Positions 28,746-38,074 of a stretch of DNA of 61,725 nt are shown here, in pieces; position 1 is the first letter of the stretch; every line of letters begins with the position of its first letter. The translations under genes were made by a program, and so were the position numbers. Origin of the DNA: Spirochaetales bacterium (GTDB lineage: Bacteria; Spirochaetota; Spirochaetia; JABEVK01); the NCBI GenBank assembly GCA_037142615.1, contig JBAXAI010000023.1, positions 1-61,725 on the forward strand, written 5' to 3'. The notes beneath the pieces are model-generated. The model had not been told where the DNA came from. It saw nothing but the letters and a program-made list of their open reading frames with translations, and did no database searches.

Positions 28746-29552
28746 ATGAAACAGATCATAACAGGAATCCTGATTCTCCTTCTGGTCGCTCCCGCGGCCC
28801 TCTTCGCTTCCGAGGGAGCCGCCGCGACAGCACCACTCCCGCCCCCCTCGACCCCAGCCCCCGACAACATCAACACTTTTCTTCACATTCAGGTGAACAA
28901 CCTGACGAAAGCCCTTCCACCGCAGGTTCAGGACCGCCGGGTGCTGCTGACGTTTCAGAGTGATCACGCGGCCCGTTACGTCGCTGTCGCGTTCGCTCAC
29001 GAGGAATGGCGGGTCAAGCACCTGTTCTTCAAGAACCAAAACAACGTGTACTTTCTGGTTTACGATCTGGCCGCCGATACGCCCATCCCGCTGGACTACC
29101 GCTACATTGTCGATGGCCTGTGGCAAAGCGACCCCTACAACAAGAACCGCGTGCGCAACGACCAGGGCATCGTGTTGTCGCGGCTGCTGCTGCAGCCCGC
29201 TGACCTGCCGCACAAGGCCACGCCGGAAGCGCTGTACAACGGCGAGGTCGAGTTCCGGTTCGTCGGCAAACCTGGTCTGCAAGTGGCCCTGAGCGGCAAC
29301 TTCAACAACTGGGACCCGTTCACCAACTTTCTGGAAGAGGAAGAACCCGGCCAGTACGCCATCAAGCTCGTACTTCCTCCGGGGGTCATTTTGTACCAGT
29401 TTGTGACCGGAACCCGCGCCTTGCTGGATCCGATGAACTCCCACACAGGCCACGATGAAAATGGCGACAAGTACTCGATCTTTGAGAACATCTACAAGAC
29501 CAAGCCCGTGCTGCGTGAATCCACGCTGGTAAACGCCGAAAGCCATGGATGA
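28746..29552 (+). CDS. Exported protein with two CBM48/AMPK-type glycogen-binding domains
   Basis: Signal peptide; YRYIVDGLWQSDPYN and VALSGNFNNWDPF..YQFV..LLDPMN. Confidence 0.82.
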   Translation: MKQIITGILILLLVAPAALFASEGAAATAPLPPPSTPAPDNINTFLHIQVNNLTKALPPQVQDRRVLLTFQSDHAARYVAVAFAHEEWRVKHLFFKNQNNVYFLVYDLAADTPIPLDYRYIVDGLWQSDPYNKNRVRNDQGIVLSRLLLQPADLPHKATPEALYNGEVEFRFVGKPGLQVALSGNFNNWDPFTNFLEEEEPGQYAIKLVLPPGVILYQFVTGTRALLDPMNSHTGHDENGDKYSIFENIYKTKPVLRESTLVNAESHG

Positions 29553-30678
29553 GGGCGCGGGAACGCCTTGGAGCCAAGCCCATGAGGCGGCCCAAACATT
29601 TCCCGACTACCTCGACCTGACCGATTCCCGCTTCCACCAGAACGACCTGACGCCACCGGCTGCCGTGTTCTACGAAGAGTTTGAACGCTGGCTGGGGCAT
29701 CGCGCGTACGTCCCAGACAGCCGGGGAGCCCTGCCAGCGCGCACGGCGGTTGCCAACTTTTACGGCCCGGCGATAGCCCCCGACGACGTGTTCCTCACAG
29801 CAGGAACCTCCGAGGCCTATTTGACGCTGTTCACCACCCTGGCGCAGGCTGGCGAGGTGGTGGGACTCCCGCGCCCCGGCTACCCGCTGTTTGAGCACCT
29901 CGCCGAACGCGCCCGGCTCAAAACGGCGTTTTACGACCAGCCGTTCGTGTGGGCCTCGCCACCGCCCGACAACCTGCGGCTTCTGGTTGTGATCAGCCCC
30001 AATAATCCCACCGGCAAAGTCTACAGGCAGCAGGAGTTAGCCGAAGTGGGCGAGTTCTGCCGGCAACGGAGTGCCGTGCTGGTGTTCGACGAGGTGTTCG
30101 ACGCGTTTACCGTCGGAGGGGTTGCGCTGGCTCGCCCCACCTCGCTGCCGGCCGTGAGGTCCGTCACCCTCAACGGCATCAGCAAGCGGTTCGGCAGCCC
30201 CGACCTCAAGCTGGCGTGGATGGCGCTTTCGGGGCCACAGGAGTGGAGGGACGAAACTTCTGCTTCGCTGGAGTTCGCCAATGACCTGCTGCTGTCGGCC
30301 AACAGCTACAGCCAAGCCCTGCTGCCAAGGCTCTTCCGCGAGTTGGAACCCTGGCAGCAGGCCGTTCGCGACCAACTTGCGAAAAACCGCGACAGCCTCG
30401 AGGCGTGGCTGGCTAGCCATCCCGAAGTGGTGGCCCTGCCAACCGAAGGGGGCATTCACGGGTTGCTGAGCTGGCCTGGGCTTCCCCGGGGCTGGGATGA
30501 TGAACGTTGGTCGGTGCACTTGCTGAACGAGCATCGTTTGGCGCTGCACCCGGGCTACTTCTACGACGTGCAGGATGACCACACGTTGGTGTACAGCTTG
30601 CTCAAAAAGCCCGCCCTGTTTCGAGACGGACTTGAGCGCCTCAGTTTGGCTTGGCGAGGTCTTGGCGGGTTTCGCTGA
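29545..30678 (+). CDS. PLP-dependent aminotransferase class I/II
   Basis: LTAGTSEAY, PGYPLF, ISPNNPTG, DEVF, NGISKRFGSPDLKLAW, HPGYFYD. Confidence 0.9.
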   Translation: MDEGAGTPWSQAHEAAQTFPDYLDLTDSRFHQNDLTPPAAVFYEEFERWLGHRAYVPDSRGALPARTAVANFYGPAIAPDDVFLTAGTSEAYLTLFTTLAQAGEVVGLPRPGYPLFEHLAERARLKTAFYDQPFVWASPPPDNLRLLVVISPNNPTGKVYRQQELAEVGEFCRQRSAVLVFDEVFDAFTVGGVALARPTSLPAVRSVTLNGISKRFGSPDLKLAWMALSGPQEWRDETSASLEFANDLLLSANSYSQALLPRLFRELEPWQQAVRDQLAKNRDSLEAWLASHPEVVALPTEGGIHGLLSWPGLPRGWDDERWSVHLLNEHRLALHPGYFYDVQDDHTLVYSLLKKPALFRDGLERLSLAWRGLGGFR

Positions 30679-31666
30679 TGGCAGCCAGCAGGCTGCTGGA
30701 ATCCGTGGTGTCCTGGCCGATTTCCCACACCATGAGGCCTGCCAACCCCCTGAGTTTCGCGTAGCGGACCTTTTGCCGGATGGTGTCGATTCCGTTGAAA
30801 TAGTACCCCGACACAACATCCTGGGCTGGGGCAGGACTATACCGTTGTTGCAGTTCTTTGTAGCTGACCGCCTGCGACCACTTCGGTCCGTGCGCCGTGT
30901 AGCCGCGGCCGTAAAAGGGAATCCCCAACTGGAGCTTGGACGGATCGACACCATCGCTGATCATGGCCTCAACATGGTCGATGATACGCCCCATGGTCGA
31001 GTGCTTTCCTTCGTCGTCGTACATCATGCCGTGCACGCGGTCGACCGCATCGTACCCACTGCGGCTGAGAGGGTGTGAGGGACTCAGGGCGACGGAAAGG
31101 CGGAAGCCTTCGGGCCCAAAGGCCGCTTTCACTTCCCGCAAAAGGGCTTCGTAGTCGTCCCTTTGGGTGTCCGACGGATATTCCCAGTCAAAATCGGCGC
31201 CCCCAAAACCCTTGGCCTTGAGGTAGGCGGTGAGCGTGCGGGCAAACTTGAGCCGCAGCGCCGCCGAAGCCGCGATCTGAGCCAGCGAACCGTTCTTCTT
31301 GTGATCGGTGATTCCCAACACGAGGTGAATCCCATACTGCCGCTTCACCTTGAGAAGGAAGTCCAGGTGCGCGGGCAGGAGTCCTTTGGTCACCAACTCG
31401 CCATTGGCCGTGGCCGCCATGCTGAAATACACCAGGTCGGTCAGGTGACGGACCTGTTCGGGCTGTACGGTGTCGATCTTCCAGGAGGGAAGGTAGCCCA
31501 CGACTTCGAGACCGCCGAGAGGGTGCGGGTCACGAACCTCGGTGATCCCGCTGGTCGCCTGAGGGTACAAATAAAAACCAAGACTACCGCCTTGGCAACT
31601 GGTCAGGCTGAGCAATAGAAGGATAGCCATGGCCACTGGCGTCCATCGAAGGGTGCGGAAGTTCAT
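30641..31666 (-). CDS. Glycoside hydrolase family 18 (chitinase-like) lipoprotein
   Basis: GFGGADFDWEYP catalytic DxDxE, MMYD, LGIPFYGR, GLMVWEIGQD; lipobox LTSC. Confidence 0.9.
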   Translation of the reverse strand: MNFRTLRWTPVAMAILLLLSLTSCQGGSLGFYLYPQATSGITEVRDPHPLGGLEVVGYLPSWKIDTVQPEQVRHLTDLVYFSMAATANGELVTKGLLPAHLDFLLKVKRQYGIHLVLGITDHKKNGSLAQIAASAALRLKFARTLTAYLKAKGFGGADFDWEYPSDTQRDDYEALLREVKAAFGPEGFRLSVALSPSHPLSRSGYDAVDRVHGMMYDDEGKHSTMGRIIDHVEAMISDGVDPSKLQLGIPFYGRGYTAHGPKWSQAVSYKELQQRYSPAPAQDVVSGYYFNGIDTIRQKVRYAKLRGLAGLMVWEIGQDTTDSSSLLAAISETRQDLAKPN

Positions 31667-31724
31667 TCGTGTACCCTTATAAGGGTTTCTGGCCAAAACG
31701 TCCAGTCCCGGCTAGAGTGAAAGG

Positions 31725-32438
31725 ATGACAGGTATCATAGGGGCCATGGCCCCGGAAGTCGCGGAACTCCGCTCGCATATGACCAACGTGAGCGAAACCC
31801 AACTCGGCGGCATGACGTTTTGGGCAGGCCAGTTGGCTGGCAAGCCGGTGGTGCTGCTGCAGTGCGGCATCGGCAAGGTGAACGCCGCGGTGGGGTGCGC
31901 GCTGCTGCTGCAGACCTTTCACCCACAACGAATCCTGAACACGGGGTCCGCCGGTGGCCTGAAGGCCGAACAGGTGTTCGGCGACATGGTCGTCTCGACC
32001 GAAGTGCTGCACCACGATGTCGATGTCACAGCCTTCGGGTATGCGCCCGGACAGGTACCCGGACAGAGCGCCCGCTACGCCGCCGATCCGACCCTGGTGG
32101 CGCTGGCAACAGCGTGCCTCGACAGGCTCAAGCTCGCTGGAGCCTTGCCCGCCAAGCTGGGCCACACGCTGGGCGTCGTCGGTTCGGGCGATATCTTTGT
32201 TCACCAACCGGAGGTCCTTGCCCGCCTGCGAGCCACGTTTCCCGACCTTTGCTCGGTCGAAATGGAAAGTGCCGCCATCGCCCAAACTTGTGCGCTTTTC
32301 CATACGCCTTTTGTCATTATCCGCGCGCTGAGCGACATCGCCGGGCAGGAATCGCCGATGAAGTTCGACGAGTTTCTGCCGCTGGCCGCCCACCGCTCGA
32401 CCCTGCTCGTGCTCGAACTTCTCAAAAACCTGCCCTAA
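31725..32438 (+). CDS. mtnN: 5'-methylthioadenosine/S-adenosylhomocysteine nucleosidase
   Basis: GIIGAM, CGIGKVNAA, NTGSAGG, VEMESAAIAQ, IRALSD. Confidence 0.95.
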   Translation: MTGIIGAMAPEVAELRSHMTNVSETQLGGMTFWAGQLAGKPVVLLQCGIGKVNAAVGCALLLQTFHPQRILNTGSAGGLKAEQVFGDMVVSTEVLHHDVDVTAFGYAPGQVPGQSARYAADPTLVALATACLDRLKLAGALPAKLGHTLGVVGSGDIFVHQPEVLARLRATFPDLCSVEMESAAIAQTCALFHTPFVIIRALSDIAGQESPMKFDEFLPLAAHRSTLLVLELLKNLP

Positions 32439-32448
32439 AGGAAACCCC

Positions 32449-32931
32449 ATGGAAAAGATCGCCAGTTTTCAGATTGACCACCTGCGCCTGAAGCGCGGCC
32501 TGTACGTGTCGCGCGTCGACCGCTTCGGCGCCACCGCACTCACCACCTTTGACCTGCGCATGACCGAGCCCAACAACGAACCCGTGATGGACGTGCCGGC
32601 CATTCACACCCTTGAACACTTGGGCGCCACCTTTTTGCGTTCCCACAAGGCTTGGGGCTCGCGAACGGTCTATTTTGGCCCCATGGGCTGCCGCACGGGG
32701 TTGTACATGGTGCTCGAGGGCGAGCTGACCAGCAGCCAGGCCCTGCCGCTGGTGCAGGAGTTTCTGGACTGGACGCTCGCGTTCCGGGGAGAGGTTCCCG
32801 GGGCCAGCGCGGCCGAATGCGGCAACTGGCGTGACCACAACCTCGACATGGCGCAGTTCGAAGCCCGGCGTTACCTCAACCTGATGCACAAGCCCGGTGT
32901 CGAGAACCTGAACTACCCGGCACCCCGGTGA
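32449..32931 (+). CDS. luxS: S-ribosylhomocysteine lyase (AI-2 synthase)
   Basis: IASFQIDH, HTLEHLGA, GPMGCRTG, ECGN. Confidence 0.96.
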   Translation: MEKIASFQIDHLRLKRGLYVSRVDRFGATALTTFDLRMTEPNNEPVMDVPAIHTLEHLGATFLRSHKAWGSRTVYFGPMGCRTGLYMVLEGELTSSQALPLVQEFLDWTLAFRGEVPGASAAECGNWRDHNLDMAQFEARRYLNLMHKPGVENLNYPAPR

Positions 32932-33767
32932 ACGGCCCCTGGTTCAGCCTGGATGGTGAACTGAGGCCCACCGCCGAGGCGGCGATACCGGCCGACGACT
33001 TGGCCTTTGCCTATGGCTTTGGGGTGTACGAAACGCTTAAAGTCCGCGCCGGGGTTTTGCACTTTGCGCCCCTGCATGAGGACAGACTTTGGCATAGCGC
33101 CCGCATCCTCGGCCTGGACCACCCGTGGAAAGAAGGCGATTTTCAGCGTTTTTTGGGCGAGCTTGTGGCGGCCAACCAGGTGACCGACGCCAACGTGAAG
33201 GCCCTGCTGATTGGCGGTCCCACCGCAGCCGATGCCCGACTCTACATCCTGTGCCTGAATCCCTTGTTTCCGGACCGCAAAGATTACAAGCACGGCGCCC
33301 AAGCGATCACGTGGGAAGGCGAGCGCATCTACCCGCAAGCCAAGAGCCTGAACATGCTCACGAGCTACCTTGCCTACCGCGAGGCCAAGGCCCGGGGCGC
33401 GTATGACGCCGTCCTGGTGAACCGCCACGGCGAGGCGACCGAGGGCACCAGGACCAACCTCTTCGCCACCGACGGGAAGCGCGTCTTCACCCCGCCAGCG
33501 GCGCAAGTGCTGGAGGGCGTAACTAAGCTGACGGTGTCGAAGGTGATCCGTGACCTGGGGATCGAGTTGGTCGAGCGCCCGCTTCCAGCGAAGGAATTGC
33601 AGGCGTGGGAGGGTGTCTTTTTGACTTCGACCTCGACCAAAGTGATGCCGCTGCGCGAAATCGACGGCCGAAGCGTCAGGTTATCGCCGCTGGTAACCAC
33701 CGTGATGAAGGCCTACGACGAGTTCCTTCACCGGTATCAGGCAGGCGAGCTGGGCGAGATTCGGTAG
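32928..33767 (+). CDS. Aminotransferase class IV (BCAT/D-amino-acid AT/ADC lyase family)
   Basis: YGFGVYET, HEDRL, AKSLN, EGTRTNLF, VLEGVT, FLTST. Confidence 0.9.
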   Translation: MNGPWFSLDGELRPTAEAAIPADDLAFAYGFGVYETLKVRAGVLHFAPLHEDRLWHSARILGLDHPWKEGDFQRFLGELVAANQVTDANVKALLIGGPTAADARLYILCLNPLFPDRKDYKHGAQAITWEGERIYPQAKSLNMLTSYLAYREAKARGAYDAVLVNRHGEATEGTRTNLFATDGKRVFTPPAAQVLEGVTKLTVSKVIRDLGIELVERPLPAKELQAWEGVFLTSTSTKVMPLREIDGRSVRLSPLVTTVMKAYDEFLHRYQAGELGEIR

Positions 33768-35140
33768 GCCAGGACTTTCTGGTCCACACCGGCGGCTCGC
33801 AGCATCTGTGGGTGCGCCTCCAGGCCCGCCGCGGCCAAACGTTCGGCGCTCCCTTCCGACGAAAGCACGCCCAACGACAGCCAAAGTTCACCAGCCTGCG
33901 CCTCCCGTTGCAGCACCTGAGTCAGGTGGAGGTTATCGCCGAACAAGACGGGAACACCGCCTTCGTTGACGACGAGTACCGGCCCGGCCGACAGCGAGAG
34001 TACCGGATGTGCGAGGGTGCCGGAACCCAGGGCTCGGGCGCGCAGTTCCAGAGTTGCTTCCAGCGCGGCGGCTACCGACACAAAGGCCGCGATCAGGCTC
34101 TGGTCGTGCCGGCTATTTACGAAGCCCCCGTGCGCGGTGACACTTGCTGCGGTTCGCTCAAACGCGGACTCGAGTTCCCGATACGACCGTTCGTCGTCCC
34201 AGTCGTGGAACAGCGAGCCCTCGGGCTCAAAGTCGGCCCGCAGACAGACCAAACCCGTAACCAGTCGCCGCAGGTCGTTAGCAAGACCAAGTTGGGACCA
34301 GTACCGGCGGAAGGCGGGCAAGCCCAAGCAGTGCCGTAGGTCCACGCCAGACGGGAACGCCGGTACGGCGGCGGGGAGTTGAGCCTTCCACACCTGCAGC
34401 ACCACCGGCTGGTCGGTTTGGTTCTCGAGCCAGTAGACCAACTGTCCGGGGGCGATCAAGGTCTGCTCGGTCAAGAAGCCTTCGGGCAGAATCTTCAGGT
34501 CAATGACGCGGCGCTGAAGGCTGAGCAGGAACTTTTGGGCCCGGTACTGTTTCATTTTGCCGATGAAGCTGCGGCCACCGATCACCTTGGCCGAGTCCAC
34601 AGTAAGCTCGAGGGTCGCGCGGTTCTCGAGGCAAACCAGTTGGTAGACATCGCCTTCCTCGACTTCAATATCGAGACGGCCGACTTCCCACGCCTGAAGG
34701 GTTTTGGACCAAGTCGGCTGGGGGAGCGGCTCGACCCCCGATTGCCGGCAGCGCGCGTAGGCCATCCACGAACCGGAATAGGCCTCGGAGTTCAAACTGA
34801 ACACGGCCCGCGTGCCCTGACCCAAGTCGGGGGGCACAGGCTTACCGCTGAACGGGTCGTGAACGGCGCGGGGGCTCAGATCCTGGGGCTTCTCGGCCTC
34901 GTCAACAACCCAGCCGGACTCGGGCGATACCCGTTGCCAACGGACAACCAGGCCGCGGGCCAACACGCAGGCCCAAAGGAAGTCCAGAACCTCGGGCATG
35001 GTGACCTTCCAAGACGAGGCCAAGGCGGCGGGATCGAGAAGACCACGCTGTTCGGCGGGCAGCGTAGAAAGTTGGCGCCAGCGGGTGCGAACCGTCTCGA
35101 GGGGCAAGGCGGTTTCCCGCTGGAGCAAGTTGAGGTCCAT
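33737..35140 (-). CDS. Degenerate class III adenylate/guanylate cyclase-like protein (DUF5939-like N-terminus)
   Basis: C-terminal fold pattern RADF..HGGFV..LIAAF..LSAGPVLVVN..FGDNL..AQAGELWLS; catalytic residues altered. Confidence 0.65.
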   Translation of the reverse strand: MDLNLLQRETALPLETVRTRWRQLSTLPAEQRGLLDPAALASSWKVTMPEVLDFLWACVLARGLVVRWQRVSPESGWVVDEAEKPQDLSPRAVHDPFSGKPVPPDLGQGTRAVFSLNSEAYSGSWMAYARCRQSGVEPLPQPTWSKTLQAWEVGRLDIEVEEGDVYQLVCLENRATLELTVDSAKVIGGRSFIGKMKQYRAQKFLLSLQRRVIDLKILPEGFLTEQTLIAPGQLVYWLENQTDQPVVLQVWKAQLPAAVPAFPSGVDLRHCLGLPAFRRYWSQLGLANDLRRLVTGLVCLRADFEPEGSLFHDWDDERSYRELESAFERTAASVTAHGGFVNSRHDQSLIAAFVSVAAALEATLELRARALGSGTLAHPVLSLSAGPVLVVNEGGVPVLFGDNLHLTQVLQREAQAGELWLSLGVLSSEGSAERLAAAGLEAHPQMLRAAGVDQKVLAYRISPSSPA

Positions 35141-35201
35141 GCAATCACCCTAGACCCCTACCCTGCTTTTTTCAAGCGTTGCGATGCGCTAGACTAGGCC
35201 G

Positions 35202-36443
35202 ATGCATGTGATCGTTGTGGGCGGCGGACCCGCAGGAATGATGGCCGCCATCCGTGCCGCCGAGCGAGGTGCCCGGGTCACCGTGGTGGAAAAGAACACC
35301 TCGTTGGGCCACAAGTTGCTGATTTCGGGCGGGGGTCGGTGCAACTTCACCAACGCCGAGCCCGAGGTGCGCGTCTTGGCCGAGCACTACGGCGAAGCGG
35401 CGCGCGCGTTGCTTTCGCCGTTCAGCAAGTTTTCGTCGCTGGATTGTCTGGCCTGGTTTGCCCAGCGGGGCATGCCCTACAAAGTCGAGGAACACCAGCG
35501 GGCGTTTCCGGCTGACAACGCGGCCGCCTCGGTCTTGCGGGTCCTGCAGAACGAACTGCGGCGCCTGAAGGTCGAACTGCGACTGGGAGTTGCCGTGACC
35601 GGCCTGCTTGCCGCTTCGGGCAACCTTACCGGCGTGCAGACGGCAAGAGGCCCCCTGTCGGCCGATTTCGTGATTTTGGCCACCGGGGGCACCTCGCACC
35701 CCGAAACCGGCTCCACCGGTGACGGGTTCAGCTGGCTTGCCGCGCTGGGCCACCGCATCCGCTACCCCGAGCCGTCGCTGGTGCCTGTTGCGGTCAAAGA
35801 ACGTTGGATCGGCGAACTGCAGGGGCTCAGCTTTGCCCAAGGCCGCATCGAAGCCTGGGTCGGCACCGAAAAACACCTTTCGCGAACGGGCAAGTTTCTC
35901 ATCACCCACTTTGGGCTGTCGGGACCGATGGTGCTCAATATGGCCTCGGAACTCTCCCAACTGAGGCAGAAGACCGCCCGACTGGGGGAACTCGTGCTCA
36001 AGCTCGATTTCTTCCCCGACAAGTCCCGGGACGAGCTCGATGAGGACCTTCGCACACGCTTTGCCACCCAACCAGCCAAAAAACTGAAGAATGGCCTGAC
36101 CGGCGTACTGCCACCGCGCCTGGGCACCAGGGTGCTCGAACTTGCCAAGGCCGACCCGGAAAAAAGCCTCAACCAGCTGACCCGCGACGAGCGGCTCGCG
36201 GTCGTCGCTTTGCTCAAGGAGTTTCCGCTGACGTTCAAGCGCCTGATGGACGAGACCCGGGCGGTGGTGAGCTCGGGGGGACTCCAACTCGACGAGGTCG
36301 ATTTTCGCACGATGACCAGCAAACGCGTCGCCGGCCTCGCCGTGACGGGCGATCTGCTCGACATCAACCGGCCTTCGGGGGGCTACAGTCTGCAACTGTG
36401 CTGGTCGACCGGCTGGGTGGCCGGGACAATCTCGCCCCCCTGA
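35202..36443 (+). CDS. HI0933/BaiN family flavoprotein oxidoreductase
   Basis: GGGPAGMMAA, KLLISGGGRCNFTN, GSTGDG, THFGLSGP, GGYSLQ. Confidence 0.93.
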   Translation: MHVIVVGGGPAGMMAAIRAAERGARVTVVEKNTSLGHKLLISGGGRCNFTNAEPEVRVLAEHYGEAARALLSPFSKFSSLDCLAWFAQRGMPYKVEEHQRAFPADNAAASVLRVLQNELRRLKVELRLGVAVTGLLAASGNLTGVQTARGPLSADFVILATGGTSHPETGSTGDGFSWLAALGHRIRYPEPSLVPVAVKERWIGELQGLSFAQGRIEAWVGTEKHLSRTGKFLITHFGLSGPMVLNMASELSQLRQKTARLGELVLKLDFFPDKSRDELDEDLRTRFATQPAKKLKNGLTGVLPPRLGTRVLELAKADPEKSLNQLTRDERLAVVALLKEFPLTFKRLMDETRAVVSSGGLQLDEVDFRTMTSKRVAGLAVTGDLLDINRPSGGYSLQLCWSTGWVAGTISPP

Positions 36444-36480
36444 CTTGATTCCCAGCGCCCAAAGCCCTTAACCTGAACCC

Positions 36481-36900
36481 ATGAAGATCACCGTCAAGCG
36501 ACTGGAAGCGCCGTATTACTTGGAAGCGACCAACGAAGAAGGCAATACCTTTACCATGGATGCCAGCCCCGACATCGGGGGTACCGGCCGCGGTTTCCGG
36601 CCGATGCAAACCCTTCTCGGCGCGCTCGGCGGCTGCTCCACCATCGATGTCGTGACGATCCTGAAAAACAGCAAGCAGCGGCTCGACGACATTCAGTTGT
36701 TCGTCGAGGGCCACCGCACGCTTGGCGTGGAACCGTCGCTCTTCGAAACCATCCACGTGCATTTCGTGCTGACCGGCGAAATCGAAGACAGCAAAGCCGA
36801 GTTCGCCGTTAAGCGGTCGATGGAAAAGTACTGCTCGGTGGCCAAGACTCTGGAACCGACCGCCAAGATCACCTTCAGCTGGGACGTCAAACATGCATAA
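36481..36900 (+). CDS. OsmC/YhfA family protein
   Basis: RPMQTLLGALGGCSTIDV, SMEKYCSVAKTL. Confidence 0.9.
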   Translation: MKITVKRLEAPYYLEATNEEGNTFTMDASPDIGGTGRGFRPMQTLLGALGGCSTIDVVTILKNSKQRLDDIQLFVEGHRTLGVEPSLFETIHVHFVLTGEIEDSKAEFAVKRSMEKYCSVAKTLEPTAKITFSWDVKHA

Positions 36901-38074
36901 GAACCCGTTTCCCTCGGAGCACTTTGAGACCAGCGCGATCCGCACCCAGGCCCAGCGTTCAGGGCACCGCGAACACTCCGCTCCTATTTACATGACCTCG
37001 AGTTATCTGTTCGACGACGCCGAAGACGCCCGTGCCGTTTTCGCCAACGAGCGCGAAGGCTTGATCTACAGCCGCTACGACAACCCTTCGAACGACGAGT
37101 TTGTCGACAAGATGCTTCTTCTCGAAGGTGCCGCTGACGGCCTGGCGACGGCCACCGGTATGGCTGCGATCTTCGGCACCCTGGCGGGTTCCCTTTCGGC
37201 TGGCGACCACCTTTTGGCGGGTCGCTCGCTGTTCGGATCGACCTACCAGTTGCTGGCGGTCATTCTGCCCCGCTTTGGCATCACGACCACGTTCTTCGAC
37301 ATCGACAAACCCGAGACCTGGGATGCGCTCGTCACGCCGGCCACCAAGCTGGTGTACGTCGAAACCCCGACGAATCCGGGGCTCGACCTGGTCGACCTGA
37401 GCCTACTGTCGGCCCTCTGCAAGCGTAAGAACCTCGTTCTGGCGGTCGACAACGCCTTCGCGACACCCTACCTGCAGAACCCGCTGAAGCAGGGCGCCGA
37501 TCTGGTGGTGCACTCGGCAACCAAGTACATCGACGGGCAGGGCCGCGGCCTCGGCGGCGTCATCCTCGGAAGTGCCGCGTTGATCGAAAAAATCCGCTTC
37601 TTTGTGCGCCAAACGGGACCCGCGCTGTCGCCCTTCCATGGGTGGATGTTTTCGAAGAGTTTGGAGACTTTGCCTGTGCGCATGGAAAGGCACTGCGACA
37701 ACGCCGAGTTCCTGGCCAAGGCCCTGCTGGGGCACCCGGCGCTCAAGGCCGTCAACTACCCCTTCCTTCCGAGCCACCGACACTACGAACTGGCTAAGCG
37801 GCAGATGAAGCGCGGTGGTGGCATGATCACGATCGAACTCAGCGGTGTCGAAGCGGCCAAGCGCTTCCTCGACAAGCTCGAGATGCTCAGCCTGACGGCG
37901 AACTTGGGCGATACCCGCACCACGGTGACGCATCCGGCCTCGACGACGCATTCCAAGATGACCGAACCCGAGCGGCAAGCGGTTGGGATCACTCAGGGGC
38001 TGGTGCGGATTTCGGTGGGCCTGGAACACCGCGATGACGTGCTTCGTGACATCACAACCGCCCTGCGCGACTAG
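36893..38074 (+). CDS. metZ: O-succinyl/O-acetylhomoserine sulfhydrylase (Cys/Met metabolism PLP enzyme)
   Basis: IYMTSSY, YSRYDNP, ETPTNP, VDNAFATP, HSATKYIDGQGR, NLGDTR..HPASTTH. Confidence 0.8.
   Translation: MHKNPFPSEHFETSAIRTQAQRSGHREHSAPIYMTSSYLFDDAEDARAVFANEREGLIYSRYDNPSNDEFVDKMLLLEGAADGLATATGMAAIFGTLAGSLSAGDHLLAGRSLFGSTYQLLAVILPRFGITTTFFDIDKPETWDALVTPATKLVYVETPTNPGLDLVDLSLLSALCKRKNLVLAVDNAFATPYLQNPLKQGADLVVHSATKYIDGQGRGLGGVILGSAALIEKIRFFVRQTGPALSPFHGWMFSKSLETLPVRMERHCDNAEFLAKALLGHPALKAVNYPFLPSHRHYELAKRQMKRGGGMITIELSGVEAAKRFLDKLEMLSLTANLGDTRTTVTHPASTTHSKMTEPERQAVGITQGLVRISVGLEHRDDVLRDITTALRD

Noticed and set aside
36444-36480. SAM or other riboswitch upstream of osmC-metZ or mtnN-luxS
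   Set aside because: The intergenic gaps (37 and 58 bp) are too short and are occupied by promoter elements.
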